Counted from the first letter of the stretch, positions 20,376-32,033 are shown. The stretch: DNA of 64,000 bases from Nitrospirota bacterium (GCA_963710375.1 CAVPZX010000002.1:832001-896000); one strand, 5' to 3'. Notes: generated by a model from the sequence alone, not told the origin. Made by a program: numbers and translations.

Positions 20376-21359
20376 ATGGCAGTCAATAGAGACAAAACAG
20401 ATTTGTGGAAGGCCGATATCGCCCGTTCAGTTGATATGTATAACAACTGGTTTGTGAACTTCGCGCCCGAAGCTTACCGAAACACCCGAATTGAAACCAC
20501 CAAAGACGTAGAGCAAACCCTTAGGACAACGGAAAATCTAACCAACATTACAACAACGATCCTTAAAGCAAATCCGTCTATATTGCCAACGTTACGTATG
20601 TCCACTTGTCCCCCTTTGGCAGTCGACAGACTTATTGGGTTGGCATGTGTTTCAAAAAATCTTGTTCAAGTTATGGAAGAAGGAAAACTGCCACCACGTA
20701 TGTTTACGCGTGAATTGGACCAGCAACTTCAACAGATTAGCGAGATAATTGCAAAAATGGCTGACCCCGATATTTTTGTTTGGTTAGGTCGAAAACAGAA
20801 GCCTTCTGAACAAGAGGTCTATCGCGCCGCGACAATTGTTGCAGATCGGCTTTGCGGTTCAGTGGCAAATCCCATCATTCGTAATGCTCAAGAAAAACGG
20901 CAATTAGCAACTATTGCAGATTGGCTCGATGCCCGAGACTATGAGCAAGTCCCCACTCGCGACGGGACAAAATTCGACGCCATGCGACCGGCGACTTACA
21001 CTTTCCGGCTAAATGTCCCCGTAAAACAGAAAGAGATACATAAAGAAAAACCGGGGGAAAAAACAAAAAGCATCAATATCCCTGTTGATGCAGTTGTCAT
21101 GCCTAAGAAGGCAAAGACTGGCGACTTCCCCTTGTTGATCGAAGCGAAATCGGCGGGAGATTTTACCAATGTGAACAAACGCCGCAAGGAAGAGGCAACT
21201 AAAATCGCTCAACTTCGTTATACTCACGGAGATCGCGTTTCTTTTATCCTCTTCCTCTGTGGCTACTTTGACAGCGGTTACTTGGGCTATGAAGCCGCTG
21301 AAGGCATCGATTGGGTTTGGGAACACCGTATTGATGATCTTGCTATGTTTGGGTTGTAA
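20376..21359 (+). CDS. XamI-family type II restriction endonuclease
   Basis: MAVNRDK...WKADIARSVDMYN, LIEAKSAGDFTNVNKRRKEEA, GIDWVWEHR. Confidence 0.85.
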   Translation: MAVNRDKTDLWKADIARSVDMYNNWFVNFAPEAYRNTRIETTKDVEQTLRTTENLTNITTTILKANPSILPTLRMSTCPPLAVDRLIGLACVSKNLVQVMEEGKLPPRMFTRELDQQLQQISEIIAKMADPDIFVWLGRKQKPSEQEVYRAATIVADRLCGSVANPIIRNAQEKRQLATIADWLDARDYEQVPTRDGTKFDAMRPATYTFRLNVPVKQKEIHKEKPGEKTKSINIPVDAVVMPKKAKTGDFPLLIEAKSAGDFTNVNKRRKEEATKIAQLRYTHGDRVSFILFLCGYFDSGYLGYEAAEGIDWVWEHRIDDLAMFGL

Positions 21360-22889
21360 ATGAAAGCAATCGACCATCTTTCCCAAAAGGAAAAAACAAG
21401 GCTTAGACTCCAGGTTTCGCTTGACGCCGCAAAAACACAGGAAGAACGCAACCGCCTAGGACAATTTTCCACACCCACCCCTCTTGCTTTGGACATGTTG
21501 ACCTATGCAAAAAAGCTCATGCCCATTATACGGAAAGTCCATTTTCTTGACCCTGCTCTTGGAACCGGCGCTTTCTATTCCGCTTTATTGAGGACATTTC
21601 CTGCAAGTCGTATTGCCACCGCTACGGGCTACGAGGTCGATCCTTATTATGGTGATGCATCTCGTTCCCTTTGGTCCGACATGGGGATTGATCTTCGGTT
21701 GATGGATTTTACAAGCGCTATTCCACCTAAAAAAGGCTTCAATTTGGTAATTTGCAACCCGCCGTATGTTCGGCACCATCACATTTTGAATGGTGAGAAA
21801 GCGAGGATTCAGGCAGCTACCTATAAGGCTTGCGACATTCAGTTAAGTGGCTTATCTGGCCTTTACTGCCACTTTCTGGGACTGTCTCATAACTGGATGG
21901 CTGAAGGGGGACTTGCCGGATGGTTGATCCCAAGCGAGTTTATGGATGTGAACTACGGCAAGGCGGTGAAGCAATACCTTCTCGATAAGGTTAGGTTATT
22001 GCATATCCACAGATTCGATCCCCATGATGTGCAATTTAATGACGCTCTTGTGTCCTCTGCCGTTGTCTGGTTCAAGAAAGAGACGCCGCCGCAGGATTAT
22101 AAAGTTGAGTTTTCTTTTGGCGGGACACTGTCCGCGCCCAAAATATCTCGCAATATTTCCACTCAGGTATTAAGGACTGAATCAAAGTGGACGCGCTTTC
22201 CCCTTGCAAAAGCACGCACCAAGGAGAAATTACCAACGCTTTCGGACTTTTTTTCAATCCATCGCGGTATAGCCACAGGTAACAATAATTATTTTATCCT
22301 CACGGCTGAGCAGATTGCCGCCTGCAGGCTCCCTCAAGAGGTTTTCAAGCCAATCCTGCCAAGCCCAAGGTATTTACCTGAAATGGAGATTCAGTCCGAT
22401 GAAATGGGGAACCCAATCCTAGAGAAACCCTTATATCTTTTGGACTGCCGCCTTCCTGAAAAGGTGGTCAAGAAACGTTACCCGAGCTTGTGGCTCTATC
22501 TCTCGGAAGGCAAGAAACGAGGTGTTGCCAGCCGATACTTGTGCAGTCATCGTTCTCCGTGGTATTCGCAGGAAAACAGACCGGCGGCTCCTTTCGTCTG
22601 CACTTACCTTGGTCGTGGGAATGTGAAAAGCGGTCGTCCCTTCCGTTTTATCCTTAACCTGTCCAACGCAACCATAACCAACGTCTATTTGGCCCTGTAT
22701 CCCAAGGGACCCTTGGCCGAGGCCATTGCGAGTGATCCGTCTTTTGCGCGGCACGTTTGGGAAAGCCTGAACCGCATATGCCCAAAAACAATGCTGTCTG
22801 AAGGACGCGTTTATGGCGGAGGTCTCTACAAGCTTGAACCGAAAGAGCTGGCGAATGTTCCGGCAACTGATCTTGCTGATCTGCTATAA
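21360..22889 (+). CDS. cognate N6-adenine DNA methyltransferase
   Basis: GQFSTP, LDPALGTG, CNPPY, YGGGLYKLEPKE; abuts the REase stop. Confidence 0.9.
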   Translation: MKAIDHLSQKEKTRLRLQVSLDAAKTQEERNRLGQFSTPTPLALDMLTYAKKLMPIIRKVHFLDPALGTGAFYSALLRTFPASRIATATGYEVDPYYGDASRSLWSDMGIDLRLMDFTSAIPPKKGFNLVICNPPYVRHHHILNGEKARIQAATYKACDIQLSGLSGLYCHFLGLSHNWMAEGGLAGWLIPSEFMDVNYGKAVKQYLLDKVRLLHIHRFDPHDVQFNDALVSSAVVWFKKETPPQDYKVEFSFGGTLSAPKISRNISTQVLRTESKWTRFPLAKARTKEKLPTLSDFFSIHRGIATGNNNYFILTAEQIAACRLPQEVFKPILPSPRYLPEMEIQSDEMGNPILEKPLYLLDCRLPEKVVKKRYPSLWLYLSEGKKRGVASRYLCSHRSPWYSQENRPAAPFVCTYLGRGNVKSGRPFRFILNLSNATITNVYLALYPKGPLAEAIASDPSFARHVWESLNRICPKTMLSEGRVYGGGLYKLEPKELANVPATDLADLL

Positions 22890-23156
22890 TCGGCAATTCC
22901 TCCCGAGAGAGCGAAAAACATATACTAAACCGGGATAGTTATTTGTAGGGGGAACACTTGTCGAGTTCCAATAGTAATAATCTTCCCGGAAAAATAAAGA
23001 TGAAGTTACTGGAAACATGCAATTATTGAGGGTTCAAAAGCGCAATATCGCCAATGACTATATTGATAATATTAGATTAATTAATTGAATATAGCTTAAA
23101 CTGATAAGGGAATACACTTTGCGGTTCAATGAAACGAAGAGCGCAAAAGTGATTAG

Positions 23157-23945
23157 TTAGACATGCATCTTGCCCAAATCAAGTTCTTCGGCTATACGTT
23201 TCTTTTTAAGGTCAATCATACGCTTGACAAATTTATCAAAATCTTCCTGTGGATAGTTAGGATTTGGCTCAGAGAATAAACTCGTTAGGGTGGATAAAGC
23301 CCCAATGCCAAAACCCTTCTGACGGTATTGCGAAATTTCCGAAAAAAGCGCGCGCAACTGTTCAAGATGCGACTTCAGATCAATTTCTTTTTGCGTAGAA
23401 TAACCTGTCTCAACACGAGCATTTATAATTTTCTGAAGTTCATCATGATTTGCCTCTTCAGTGATTCCTTCACGACGTATATAGATTGCATTTGCTCTGA
23501 TACTCGATCCACCTTTTAAAGTCACGAACGGTAAGTGGTCAAGGCTATATCCTATAAAAAGAACCTGAAATTTCTTGCCGACAAGCTTTGGATACTCAGA
23601 TGCATCAAATGAGAAATCGACAGTATCCAGCAGGTCCATTAATGGATTAGGCAGATAATGCTTGATGCCATTGGTAATGTCTGCCTTGTCTTTCAGAACG
23701 GTCAGCCCTATTGGATCCAGTGTATTATCATCTTTTTCATCAACACCTATAACCAAACAGCCACCTCCAGAGTTTGCCATCCCAAGAATATGTTTTGAAA
23801 TGGCTGATTGTTCGGGCCATTCTGACTTAAAGTCACAAAAACGCAACTCTCCGATATTAGTCTTGATCAGTTCTCTAAAGCCTTCCCGCGTTGGATCTTC
23901 AAAGAATGTGGCAAAAGACTCGTGAAAAGATTTTGTTTTCCCCAT
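23157..23945 (-). CDS. Schlafen/AlbA_2-domain protein
   Basis: ELRFCDFK, GMANSGGGCLVIGV, YIRREG; start placed at MGKTKS. Confidence 0.78.
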   Translation of the reverse strand: MGKTKSFHESFATFFEDPTREGFRELIKTNIGELRFCDFKSEWPEQSAISKHILGMANSGGGCLVIGVDEKDDNTLDPIGLTVLKDKADITNGIKHYLPNPLMDLLDTVDFSFDASEYPKLVGKKFQVLFIGYSLDHLPFVTLKGGSSIRANAIYIRREGITEEANHDELQKIINARVETGYSTQKEIDLKSHLEQLRALFSEISQYRQKGFGIGALSTLTSLFSEPNPNYPQEDFDKFVKRMIDLKKKRIAEELDLGKMHV

Positions 23946-24047
23946 GCCTGTTTTCCCCTTCCATTGTTTTACATTATCGTTTATGTTTATTCTGTCCTGC
24001 AATACGCACAGTTTTTTGCAGAGTTAGGCATCATCCGGCGTGCCTTT

Positions 24048-24473
24048 TCAGTCACTACGCTCGAAGTACACCTTTCCAGTGATCTCCCGGTTCGGGTCGT
24101 GACTACTCAGGTTAGGGTCATAGAACACCCATTCTTCGTCACGATTCAAGATGCATTCCCATACGAACAGACCAAAAATCAAGCCGGCCTGATCCTGCAC
24201 ATCCTGTTCCTCGGCGGCCTCGCCCAGAATCTCTCTGGCGACATCGTACAAATGAGCAAGAGGATACGGCCACGGTGTCAGCTCTGAGCCCAGGAAGGAA
24301 CTGCTGAAGGAACGGTTACCTGTCTGAGTGTCAGGTGCCATCTCGTCAATTATGCGGTTCAAATCGGCGCGAACTGCCGCGAGCCGTTCAGGGCCAAGGC
24401 TCCGCTGGACTGCCACAAAGTCCGCCAGGTGTGGTACCCGATTAATGCTCTTTCCATCGATTGTGCTCAGCAT
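24048..24473 (-). CDS. hypothetical protein
   Basis: ORF with RBS AAGGA before MLSTIDG. Confidence 0.6.
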   Translation of the reverse strand: MLSTIDGKSINRVPHLADFVAVQRSLGPERLAAVRADLNRIIDEMAPDTQTGNRSFSSSFLGSELTPWPYPLAHLYDVAREILGEAAEEQDVQDQAGLIFGLFVWECILNRDEEWVFYDPNLSSHDPNREITGKVYFERSD

Positions 24474-24551
24474 AGGTTTGTCCTTAATTGTACCACCATC
24501 AGCTTCTGGTATCCATAGCAACTGATAGCCATGCGCCTTGTCCTCAGTGGG

Positions 24552-25223
24552 TTAAACCCCAAGTATGCGATTGATATCTGACATAGGTGTTTGCTTCCTG
24601 TGAAATATCCAGTTTTGTATAGTTACATTAATGGCATAAATAAAGCCTCCTGCGGCACTAGCGGCCATATAAAGAAGTTCATCTGCTTCTTTGACAGATT
24701 TAATTCCAGATGAGGTCCCATGAACAAGCAACGATTGGAAGCCGTAATACATCGTATATATCCGTTCAAAGTTCGCGTTCTTAGCCATTTCTTCAATCCG
24801 CAGCCGCTTCGGAATCTCCTTCATTACGGATGACTGAATAAAGTCAGATGTTTTATCCTCCTGATTTTTCTTATTGAGGATTTTGGCATATCCGCTCAGC
24901 AAATTCTTTCTTGCAAGTCTCTTCATCTCGTTTATGCCGGCATTATTGAACATCTGAACATTCTCATCAGACTGCATTAGCCATCGGGTCACAACGAGAG
25001 TTTCAAACAGACTTCTCTCTAAAATATTGGCCGATTCTATCAGACTCGTCTCAGCAGCCAGGACAAAACCATCTGTTATATCGGCAGCTCTTCTTAGACA
25101 ACAAATAAGCGCGTGTTCTGCTTCACCATTAAAATGCCGCTTGCTAAAATCATTAGCATTTTGCCGTGCGATCTGCGCTTCCTTGCGAAGGTTCTCAATT
25201 ACTTCTTTGAGTCTATGCTTCAT
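24552..25223 (-). CDS. DUF5677-like (HEPN-related) protein
   Basis: ILERSLFE and YTMYYGFQSLLVHG motifs. Confidence 0.6.
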   Translation of the reverse strand: MKHRLKEVIENLRKEAQIARQNANDFSKRHFNGEAEHALICCLRRAADITDGFVLAAETSLIESANILERSLFETLVVTRWLMQSDENVQMFNNAGINEMKRLARKNLLSGYAKILNKKNQEDKTSDFIQSSVMKEIPKRLRIEEMAKNANFERIYTMYYGFQSLLVHGTSSGIKSVKEADELLYMAASAAGGFIYAINVTIQNWIFHRKQTPMSDINRILGV

Positions 25224-25281
25224 GTCGTTCCTATTATATAGATTTCAACTGATGTGGCGAGGGCAACTACAAAAGAATAAG

Positions 25282-26061
25282 TCACAGATGGTATTCTTGT
25301 CTAATCGCAGTACGGACAATATTTGTGAATTCATAAACCCGCTGCGATATTTCCTGTCTTGTTGCTTCATGATCAACATCACGATGCATGATCTCGTTGC
25401 GCAATCTTGTATAACAAGTTTCCCATACACTTGGATTTCTGGGATCAGGAGTCTGATCTACACCGGGAGCAATTGCTATAATCAGTTCATCTATTTCACG
25501 TTGTAAGGATCGTAAGAGGTTCAAAATAAGATAAAGCATCAGAAACTTTACAATTTCGTCATCAGCATCCATTGCATAACGAAAAATCCTCAGCAATGAG
25601 CCTTCCCCAAATGTGGATATCCGTGAAAAAGCAATCTCAATACTGTGAATTTCATCGTTGGCAAGACGGCGAGGCTCACTATGACCACTCAAGCGTAATC
25701 TTAAAACAGGGAAAATACCATGTATTTGTCCACCCTCTCCAGGCCGAGGCACAAGGTTATGCCCCACTATCCGAGTTCTGCTAACTCTACACCCTACGAT
25801 CAGAGAAAATAATTCGAGCAATTGATCTTTAATGGAATCTGCTATTTGGTCAGCATCTTCGATTGAGACAACTGGCCCAAGAAATAACATTAGAGTGCAA
25901 TTATTATCTTCGGGATTGACTCCTTCCCTCATTATAAATCGCGCTTCAGTGAACCTGGGATCACTTAATGGCACAGAAAAAGGTTCGAAGGTAACCCCAA
26001 CAATATGGAAGGAGTATTCAACGTGTGCGCCTGGATAAGTTTCTGTATTTCCTTGGCACAT
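25282..26061 (-). CDS. MauJ/HEPN-like protein
   Basis: KFLMLYLIL...RLRNEIMH (RxxxxH). Confidence 0.55.
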   Translation of the reverse strand: MCQGNTETYPGAHVEYSFHIVGVTFEPFSVPLSDPRFTEARFIMREGVNPEDNNCTLMLFLGPVVSIEDADQIADSIKDQLLELFSLIVGCRVSRTRIVGHNLVPRPGEGGQIHGIFPVLRLRLSGHSEPRRLANDEIHSIEIAFSRISTFGEGSLLRIFRYAMDADDEIVKFLMLYLILNLLRSLQREIDELIIAIAPGVDQTPDPRNPSVWETCYTRLRNEIMHRDVDHEATRQEISQRVYEFTNIVRTAIRQEYHL

Positions 26062-26091
26062 AAAAAAGTTACTTCCCTTAGTGCTGATTGT

Positions 26092-26226
26092 TCAGCTTTT
26101 GGTATTCATAGCATCCCCAAATAACCTCAACAGTGGTGACGCCGAAAAGATTTCTTCTGACTCTTCCTCAAGAGCCTGGAAACACTGGTCACACAATTTA
26201 CTCAGATCCTCTTCCTTGAACACCAT
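26092..26226 (-). CDS. small CxxC protein, paralogue of 26462-26722
   Basis: EEDLSKLCDQCFQALEEESEEIFSASPLLRLFGDAMN. Confidence 0.5.
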   Translation of the reverse strand: MVFKEEDLSKLCDQCFQALEEESEEIFSASPLLRLFGDAMNTKS

Positions 26227-26461
26227 CGTGCTAGATATGATAGTGTAAACAAAACAAAAACATATTGTAAATAAATCCATATTTATGCAGGCAGGTAGGC
26301 AAATATTGGGAGCAGTGTAAACTATAGTATGTGTAACTTACCGCCGAACTGGCGGGGATATGCTATGTACTATCACTGTGGCGGCAGAGACTCACTCCTC
26401 AGTGCCTTCTTTGCTCCCTTATCAGGGAATATAGGATGCCGGTTTATGCTACACTACCGCT

Positions 26462-26722
26462 ATGGACATTCAGGAGCAAAGAGAGGACACTTTCGCCGGA
26501 CAACTGGCTTTTGAAGTGGCAAAAAACATCGATGACATTTCAGAGATTATAGCTGCTTCCAAAGTAGGGGCGTGCGGCGGCAAGTGCAATGGCTATACTG
26601 AAAAAGAACTGAGTGGCCTCTGCCCTGTTTGCCTTGAAGCTCTTGAAAGCGAATCATACAAAATATTTTCCGCATCGCCTATGCTAAAGCTTCTTGGTAA
26701 TGCGATGAACAGTCAGGATTAA
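26462..26722 (+). CDS. small Cys-rich protein
   Basis: CGGKC and EKELSGLCPVCLEALESESYKIFSASPMLKLLGNAMN. Confidence 0.55.
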   Translation: MDIQEQREDTFAGQLAFEVAKNIDDISEIIAASKVGACGGKCNGYTEKELSGLCPVCLEALESESYKIFSASPMLKLLGNAMNSQD

Positions 26723-26780
26723 ACGAAATGATTCTGCAAATATCATCAAGAACTAAACGCTGCGAACGAATCTCGCCGAC

Positions 26781-27506
26781 CTATTTTCTGATATTCACTT
26801 TGTCCTGATGGATCGTGTTAATGAGCATCAAAGCCGACCGTATCGTGTCATTATGGATGCTGAATAGGGCATGGTTCCTGTCGGTTTCGGTCATGGCGCA
26901 CATGGCGCTGCCTGCTATCGCCAAGAGTGTTTGCAAGTCTTCCTTTCCATGTTCTGATGAGGATATGTGTTTGGCCATTGCATCCAGCTTTGTGGGGCCG
27001 GTATCCGCGACTGAATCGGGATCGGGTTCGCTGAGAAATGTCCATGCCTTCTCAATCTGCTCTCGGAAATCGGGGTCCTTGATTTCATTCAACAACACAA
27101 CCCTAAGCTGAGGTTCGTACAAGGCAACTGCGGCGAAGAAAAACAGGGCCATGTTGTCTTCGATGAACTGTCGCTTTAACCTGGCCTTCTCTTCCGCCTC
27201 ACGACCTACTGCGGCTTCCCGCCTCCGGCGGACCTCATCATAGAGTGCTTGTCGATACTTCCTTGCTTCATACTCTGAATAGTTCTTGGTCTGGCTGCTT
27301 TTGCTGTCATACTCATCGTGATGGGTAAGGCACATCCATGCAAGGTTCTCATATGCGCTATTTGCTGGGTCGTGGTCGAGATGGGCAACCTGCCCCCTCT
27401 TCTCAGCGTAGTCGTGATTCACGCCAAAGCAAAGGCAGCAACGGCGCGCGCTCGATTCCAGTACCCGAAACTCGGTGAAGTCAGTTGGACGTTTTCTCTC
27501 CGCCAT
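26781..27506 (-). CDS. HNH-nuclease-like protein
   Basis: CCLC...VAHLDH...NLAWMCLTHH N-terminal HNH/zinc motif. Confidence 0.65.
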   Translation of the reverse strand: MAERKRPTDFTEFRVLESSARRCCLCFGVNHDYAEKRGQVAHLDHDPANSAYENLAWMCLTHHDEYDSKSSQTKNYSEYEARKYRQALYDEVRRRREAAVGREAEEKARLKRQFIEDNMALFFFAAVALYEPQLRVVLLNEIKDPDFREQIEKAWTFLSEPDPDSVADTGPTKLDAMAKHISSSEHGKEDLQTLLAIAGSAMCAMTETDRNHALFSIHNDTIRSALMLINTIHQDKVNIRK

Positions 27507-27724
27507 GATTGTCTTATGTCCCGTGACAAGTTGCCTCTCAGGTTAGCGACTGTTTTATACCCTGTTGACTGAATGAGTGTCAAGGAAAATCTGTTTATTT
27601 TCTGTAGGAACCTGTTGTTGCAGAGCCTCCGTGATGCAAGATTACAGGAAACGTTGTGTCCTGAACTGTGTCAACCCGATGCGGACTATAAGGGGTCACC
27701 TCACGAAATGTACAAAATCGTACG

Positions 27725-30691
27725 TTAAGACTTGTCAACGGATTGTAACTGTCTGAATTTGCCTTGTTCGACTTTTTTGCTTTGTTTCCATATATAATCA
27801 CCGGTCAGGTTAATATGTTCCCAGCCCAGCGGTGACAAATGCTGCAGCAGATTTTCATCTACCCTCTGGCCTTGAGCTTTTAGCGCGGTCACTGCACGTT
27901 CCAGGTAGACAGTATTCCAGAGTATGATTGCTGCCACAACTATATTGAGTCCGCTGGCACGGTAACGCTGGTTTTCAAAACTGCGATCGCGCATTTCACC
28001 CAGGCGGTTGAAGAAAACGGCGCGAGCCAGGGCGTTCTTGGCTTCGCCCTTGTTCAGACCGATCTGCACGCGGCGGCGCAACTCGACGTTTTGCATCCAT
28101 TCGAGAGTAAACAAAGTGCGCTCAATGCGACCCAGCTCGCGCAGCGCTACTGCAAGCCCATTCTGACGGGGATAGCTTCCCAGTTTTCTCAGCATTAACG
28201 ACGCAGTCACCGTCCCCTGTTTAATCGAGGTCGCCAAGCGCAGGATATCGTCCCAATGTGCTCGAATCTGTTTTTGGTTAATGCCGCCCCCGATCAATCC
28301 CGATAACACCGGGTATGCCTTCTGTTTTCCCGGCACAAAGAGCCGCTTGTCAGCTAGGTCTCGGATGCGCGGAGCGAAGCGGAATCCTAACAGGTGCATC
28401 AAGGCGAAGACATGATCGGTAAAGCCCGCCGTATCGGTGTAATGTTCTTCGATCCGGAGGTCAGATTCATGATGCAGCAGGCCATCCAGGACGTAGGTTG
28501 CATCGCGGACCGTCGCGTTGATGACCTGACTATGAAAGGGCGCGTACTGGTCGGATATATGCGTGTAGAACAGCACGCCGGGCTCGCTGCCATATTTGGC
28601 ATTGACGTGGCCGGATGCTCCACCGCTTCCTCCAGCACGGAACCGCTGGCCGTCAGATGATGATGTTGTACCATCACCCCAATAAGCGGCAAAAGATTGT
28701 TGATATTGTGCATTGACCAAGTCAGCCAAGGCAGTCGAATAGGTTTCATCACGGATATGCCAAGCCTGTAGCCATGAAAGCTTGGCATAAGTAGTGCCGG
28801 GGCAGGATTCCGCCATCTTGGTCAGCCCCAAATTGATAGCATCCGCCAGAATTGCCGTCAACAGCAGCACCCGGTCTGTTGCGGCATCCCCGCTTTTAAG
28901 GTGGGTGAAGTGGCGAGCAAATCCTGTCCAGTTATCAACCTCCAGTAATAGCTCGGTGATTTTAAGGTGAGGAAGAAGAGCATAAGCCTGCCGCATCAGC
29001 AACTCAGCCTCTTCCGGCACAGCGTTGGTCAAAGGGGTGATCTTGAGCCCCGCTTCAGTTACACTCGCATCGGGCAACTGATCTTTCCCAGCCATGCCAT
29101 TAACAGTTTCGAACTCTTTTTCCAGCAGTGCGAGCTGCTCAGCAAGGTATGAATCACAGTCTGGGACAACCGCCAAGGGCAATTCTTCACGCTCACGTAA
29201 AGATGCGAACATTTCCCTTGGAAGAAGGTACTCCTCGAAATCCTTGAATTGGCGGGAGCCCTGTATCCAAATATCACCTGAGCGCAGGGCATTCTTCAAC
29301 TCGGTCAGGGCGCACAGCTCATAGAACCGACGGTCAATGCCAGTATCGGTAAAGACAAGACTCTCCCAGCGCTTTCGGACAAAGCCGGTCGGCGCGTCAG
29401 TGGGCACCTTGCGGGAGCTGTCGACATTCATTACTCTCAGCATATCGACAGCGTCCATTAAATCCTGTGCAGCGGGAGTAGCCTTCAGTTGCAGGGCTTG
29501 AAGAAATGCGGGGGCATAGCGCCGTATCTGCGTATATCCATCACCGATCCGATTCAAATAGTCGAAGTCCTCGGCCCGAGCAAGTTTCTGTGCTTCATTA
29601 ATGCTCCGGGTGAAATCCTCCCACGGTATGATAGCCTCGATTGCAGCAAATGGGTCTCTACCGTTCTGCTTGGCGTCCAACAGCGCTTGACCAATCCGAC
29701 AGTACATACGGACTTTTTCATTGATTACCTTTCCTGACTGCTGGAACTCCTCGGCGTGGTTGCGTTTTGCACGACTGAACAGGGCGCCGATAATACGGTC
29801 GTGCATATCCACGACCTCATCGATTAGCGTCGCACGGGTTTCAAGCGCTATTGCTGCCAGTGTGGCATGACGGCGGACAGATTCGAAATCACGCAAGTGC
29901 TGAGCTGTCATTTGTCCACCTTCCCGCGCTATTTTAAGTAAACGGTTTTGGTGTACTTGCCTTTCCAGCCCTACAGGCAGGTTAAGTTCTGCGATTGATT
30001 TCAGACGCTCTATGTGTTCAAGAAGATGTCTGGCTTTAGGAGCGCCTGATGGTTGCCTAAGCCATGCCATTACACTGGTTTTGGACTGCGGCCGTAGTTC
30101 CAATAGCGCATTGAGCTGAGCGCATTGTTTTTTGTCCAATGACCCAGCCAAAGTATTATAGATTCGTCGTGTTCCACGAACGATGGCTTCCTTGCAAAGC
30201 CGCTCGATGACATTGATGGCCGGAATGATAATCTGCTTTTTGCGAAGATCCTGCACCACAGCAGTTGCCAGTACAACGCCTTTGTCTGTCTGCGTAGCCA
30301 TATCAGCGAGCCATTGCACATGATTTCGGTAATGAGAGACAGAAAAAGGTTTAAAGCCGAATGCAGCCTGCAACTCAAGCAGGTGCTCCCGGCGCGTTTC
30401 CGCTCTTTCGGCATATTCGGGCCACCCTGCAGGGTCCGCCTTTACCTGCTGAGCCACAATCTGAAGCACAGTATTAGGCGGCGTATCATTGACCGGTAAC
30501 GCATAGCCCGGATACCGAAGGTAGCATAGCTGGACGGCAAAGCCCAATCGGTTATGATCTCCGCGATGCTGGAAGATGAGCGACAAGTCTTTTTCAGAAA
30601 ATGAATAGTGCTGGACCAGTTCATCTTCATCGCTCGGAAAAGCAAACAATGATGCGCGTTCGGCAGCTGTTAGTAAGGAGCGTCGGGACAT
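27725..30691 (-). CDS. tnpA: Tn3-family transposase
   Basis: 988 aa; [36 protein letters not shown]. Confidence 0.97.
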   Translation of the reverse strand: MSRRSLLTAAERASLFAFPSDEDELVQHYSFSEKDLSLIFQHRGDHNRLGFAVQLCYLRYPGYALPVNDTPPNTVLQIVAQQVKADPAGWPEYAERAETRREHLLELQAAFGFKPFSVSHYRNHVQWLADMATQTDKGVVLATAVVQDLRKKQIIIPAINVIERLCKEAIVRGTRRIYNTLAGSLDKKQCAQLNALLELRPQSKTSVMAWLRQPSGAPKARHLLEHIERLKSIAELNLPVGLERQVHQNRLLKIAREGGQMTAQHLRDFESVRRHATLAAIALETRATLIDEVVDMHDRIIGALFSRAKRNHAEEFQQSGKVINEKVRMYCRIGQALLDAKQNGRDPFAAIEAIIPWEDFTRSINEAQKLARAEDFDYLNRIGDGYTQIRRYAPAFLQALQLKATPAAQDLMDAVDMLRVMNVDSSRKVPTDAPTGFVRKRWESLVFTDTGIDRRFYELCALTELKNALRSGDIWIQGSRQFKDFEEYLLPREMFASLREREELPLAVVPDCDSYLAEQLALLEKEFETVNGMAGKDQLPDASVTEAGLKITPLTNAVPEEAELLMRQAYALLPHLKITELLLEVDNWTGFARHFTHLKSGDAATDRVLLLTAILADAINLGLTKMAESCPGTTYAKLSWLQAWHIRDETYSTALADLVNAQYQQSFAAYWGDGTTSSSDGQRFRAGGSGGASGHVNAKYGSEPGVLFYTHISDQYAPFHSQVINATVRDATYVLDGLLHHESDLRIEEHYTDTAGFTDHVFALMHLLGFRFAPRIRDLADKRLFVPGKQKAYPVLSGLIGGGINQKQIRAHWDDILRLATSIKQGTVTASLMLRKLGSYPRQNGLAVALRELGRIERTLFTLEWMQNVELRRRVQIGLNKGEAKNALARAVFFNRLGEMRDRSFENQRYRASGLNIVVAAIILWNTVYLERAVTALKAQGQRVDENLLQHLSPLGWEHINLTGDYIWKQSKKVEQGKFRQLQSVDKS

Positions 30692-30704
30692 GCTTGATTC
30701 CGTG

Positions 30705-31262
30705 TCACTTTAAGTACTGATACAGGGTTTCCCGACTTATTCCAAATTCACTGGCAACCAGCGTTTTTTTCTCCCCCGCCTTGATCCTCGCCTTAAGATC
30801 GGCGATCTGGTCAGGGGTTAATTTAGGTTTTCTGCCCTTAAAGGCACCTCTTTGTTTGGCAAGAGAGATTCCTTCAAGCTGCCGCTCGCGGATCAACGCG
30901 CGTTCGAATTCCGCAAAAGCTCCCATGACGGACAACAAGAGATTCGACATAGGAGAATCCTCCCCCGTAAAGGTTAGGTTTTCTTTAATAAACTGTATTT
31001 TGATGCCCCGCGCTGTAAATGTTCGCACAATCTTACGCAGATCGTCCAGATTGCGAGCCAGGCGATCCATGCTGTGAACAATTACCGTATCGCCATCCCG
31101 TGCAAACTGCATTAGAGCTCCGAGCTCCGGTCGCCGGGTATCTTTGCCCGAGGCTTTATCAGTAAACACCTTGTCGAGGACAAGATCGTCAAGCTGGCGG
31201 GCAGTGTTCTGCTCAAAGGTGCTGACGCGAATATAACCGATTCTCTGGCCGTTCATTGTCAT
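30705..31262 (-). CDS. tnpR: serine resolvase
   Basis: [22 protein letters not shown]-terminal HTH. Confidence 0.95.
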   Translation of the reverse strand: MTMNGQRIGYIRVSTFEQNTARQLDDLVLDKVFTDKASGKDTRRPELGALMQFARDGDTVIVHSMDRLARNLDDLRKIVRTFTARGIKIQFIKENLTFTGEDSPMSNLLLSVMGAFAEFERALIRERQLEGISLAKQRGAFKGRKPKLTPDQIADLKARIKAGEKKTLVASEFGISRETLYQYLK

Positions 31263-31271
31263 CCTTCCATG

Positions 31272-31398
31272 AAAGTGTCAGAATGAAGTCTAAAATATTG
31301 GCGATGTCTTGTCAAGAAATAAAGATAATAAGCCTATTCTGACGGAATTATGAGTGTCACCTGACATCAAGTTAGAGTAGACTTCAACCTGACATTAA
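31272..31398. promoter_or_regulatory. putative res site
   Basis: Several TGTCA/TGACA-type dyads upstream of tnpR, the usual res position. Confidence 0.5.
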
Positions 31399-31486
31399 TG
31401 AGGAGGAGAAGAAGAAGAATATCATCTGTACACAATATATCTGCATGTGTTACAATGTGATTAGCTAAAATGAGAGGAGGGCAGGT

Positions 31487-31756
31487 ATGAGCACAACATT
31501 AACCATTAGGGTTGACAGCCAAACAAAAGACAGGCTTGATAAACTCGCAAAAGCAACAGATCGCAGTAAGTCGTACCTTGTTGCGAACGCCATTCAGGAT
31601 TTCCTTTCAATCAATGAGTGGCAGATTCAGGAAACATTGAAAACCATTCATAGGGCCGACCAGCCCGGAGCTGAGTTAGTTGACCATGAGAAAGTCGCGT
31701 CATGGCTTGATACGTGGGGTTCGAGTAAAGAGGAGGGGCCCCCGAAGTGCAAATAA
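31487..31756 (+). CDS. CopG/RHH antitoxin
   Basis: TLTIRVD...RLDKLAKATDRSKSYL; overlaps the toxin start. Confidence 0.85.
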   Translation: MSTTLTIRVDSQTKDRLDKLAKATDRSKSYLVANAIQDFLSINEWQIQETLKTIHRADQPGAELVDHEKVASWLDTWGSSKEEGPPKCK

Positions 31757-32025
31757 AATGGACGGGGGACGCAATATCGGACCTTATAGAAATCAGGCGT
31801 TATATCGCTCAGGACAATCCTCGCGCGGCCAATGACGTTGCTCTGCGCATCAAAAAAACAGTACAGCTTTTGAGTGACCAGCCAAATATTGGGAAGCTGG
31901 GAAGGGCCGACGGAACGAGGGAGATTGTGATTTCAGGACTGCCCTACATTATCCCATACAGAGTAAAAAATAATGTAGTTCAGATTCTGCGAGTCTTTCA
32001 TGGCGCCAGACTATGGCCGGAATAA
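31747..32025 (+). CDS. RelE/ParE-family toxin
   Basis: WTGDAISDL...YIAQDNPRAA...GTRE...YIIPYRV...ILRVFHGAR. Confidence 0.9.
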   Translation: MQIKWTGDAISDLIEIRRYIAQDNPRAANDVALRIKKTVQLLSDQPNIGKLGRADGTREIVISGLPYIIPYRVKNNVVQILRVFHGARLWPE

Positions 32026-32033
32026 ATAAAAGG

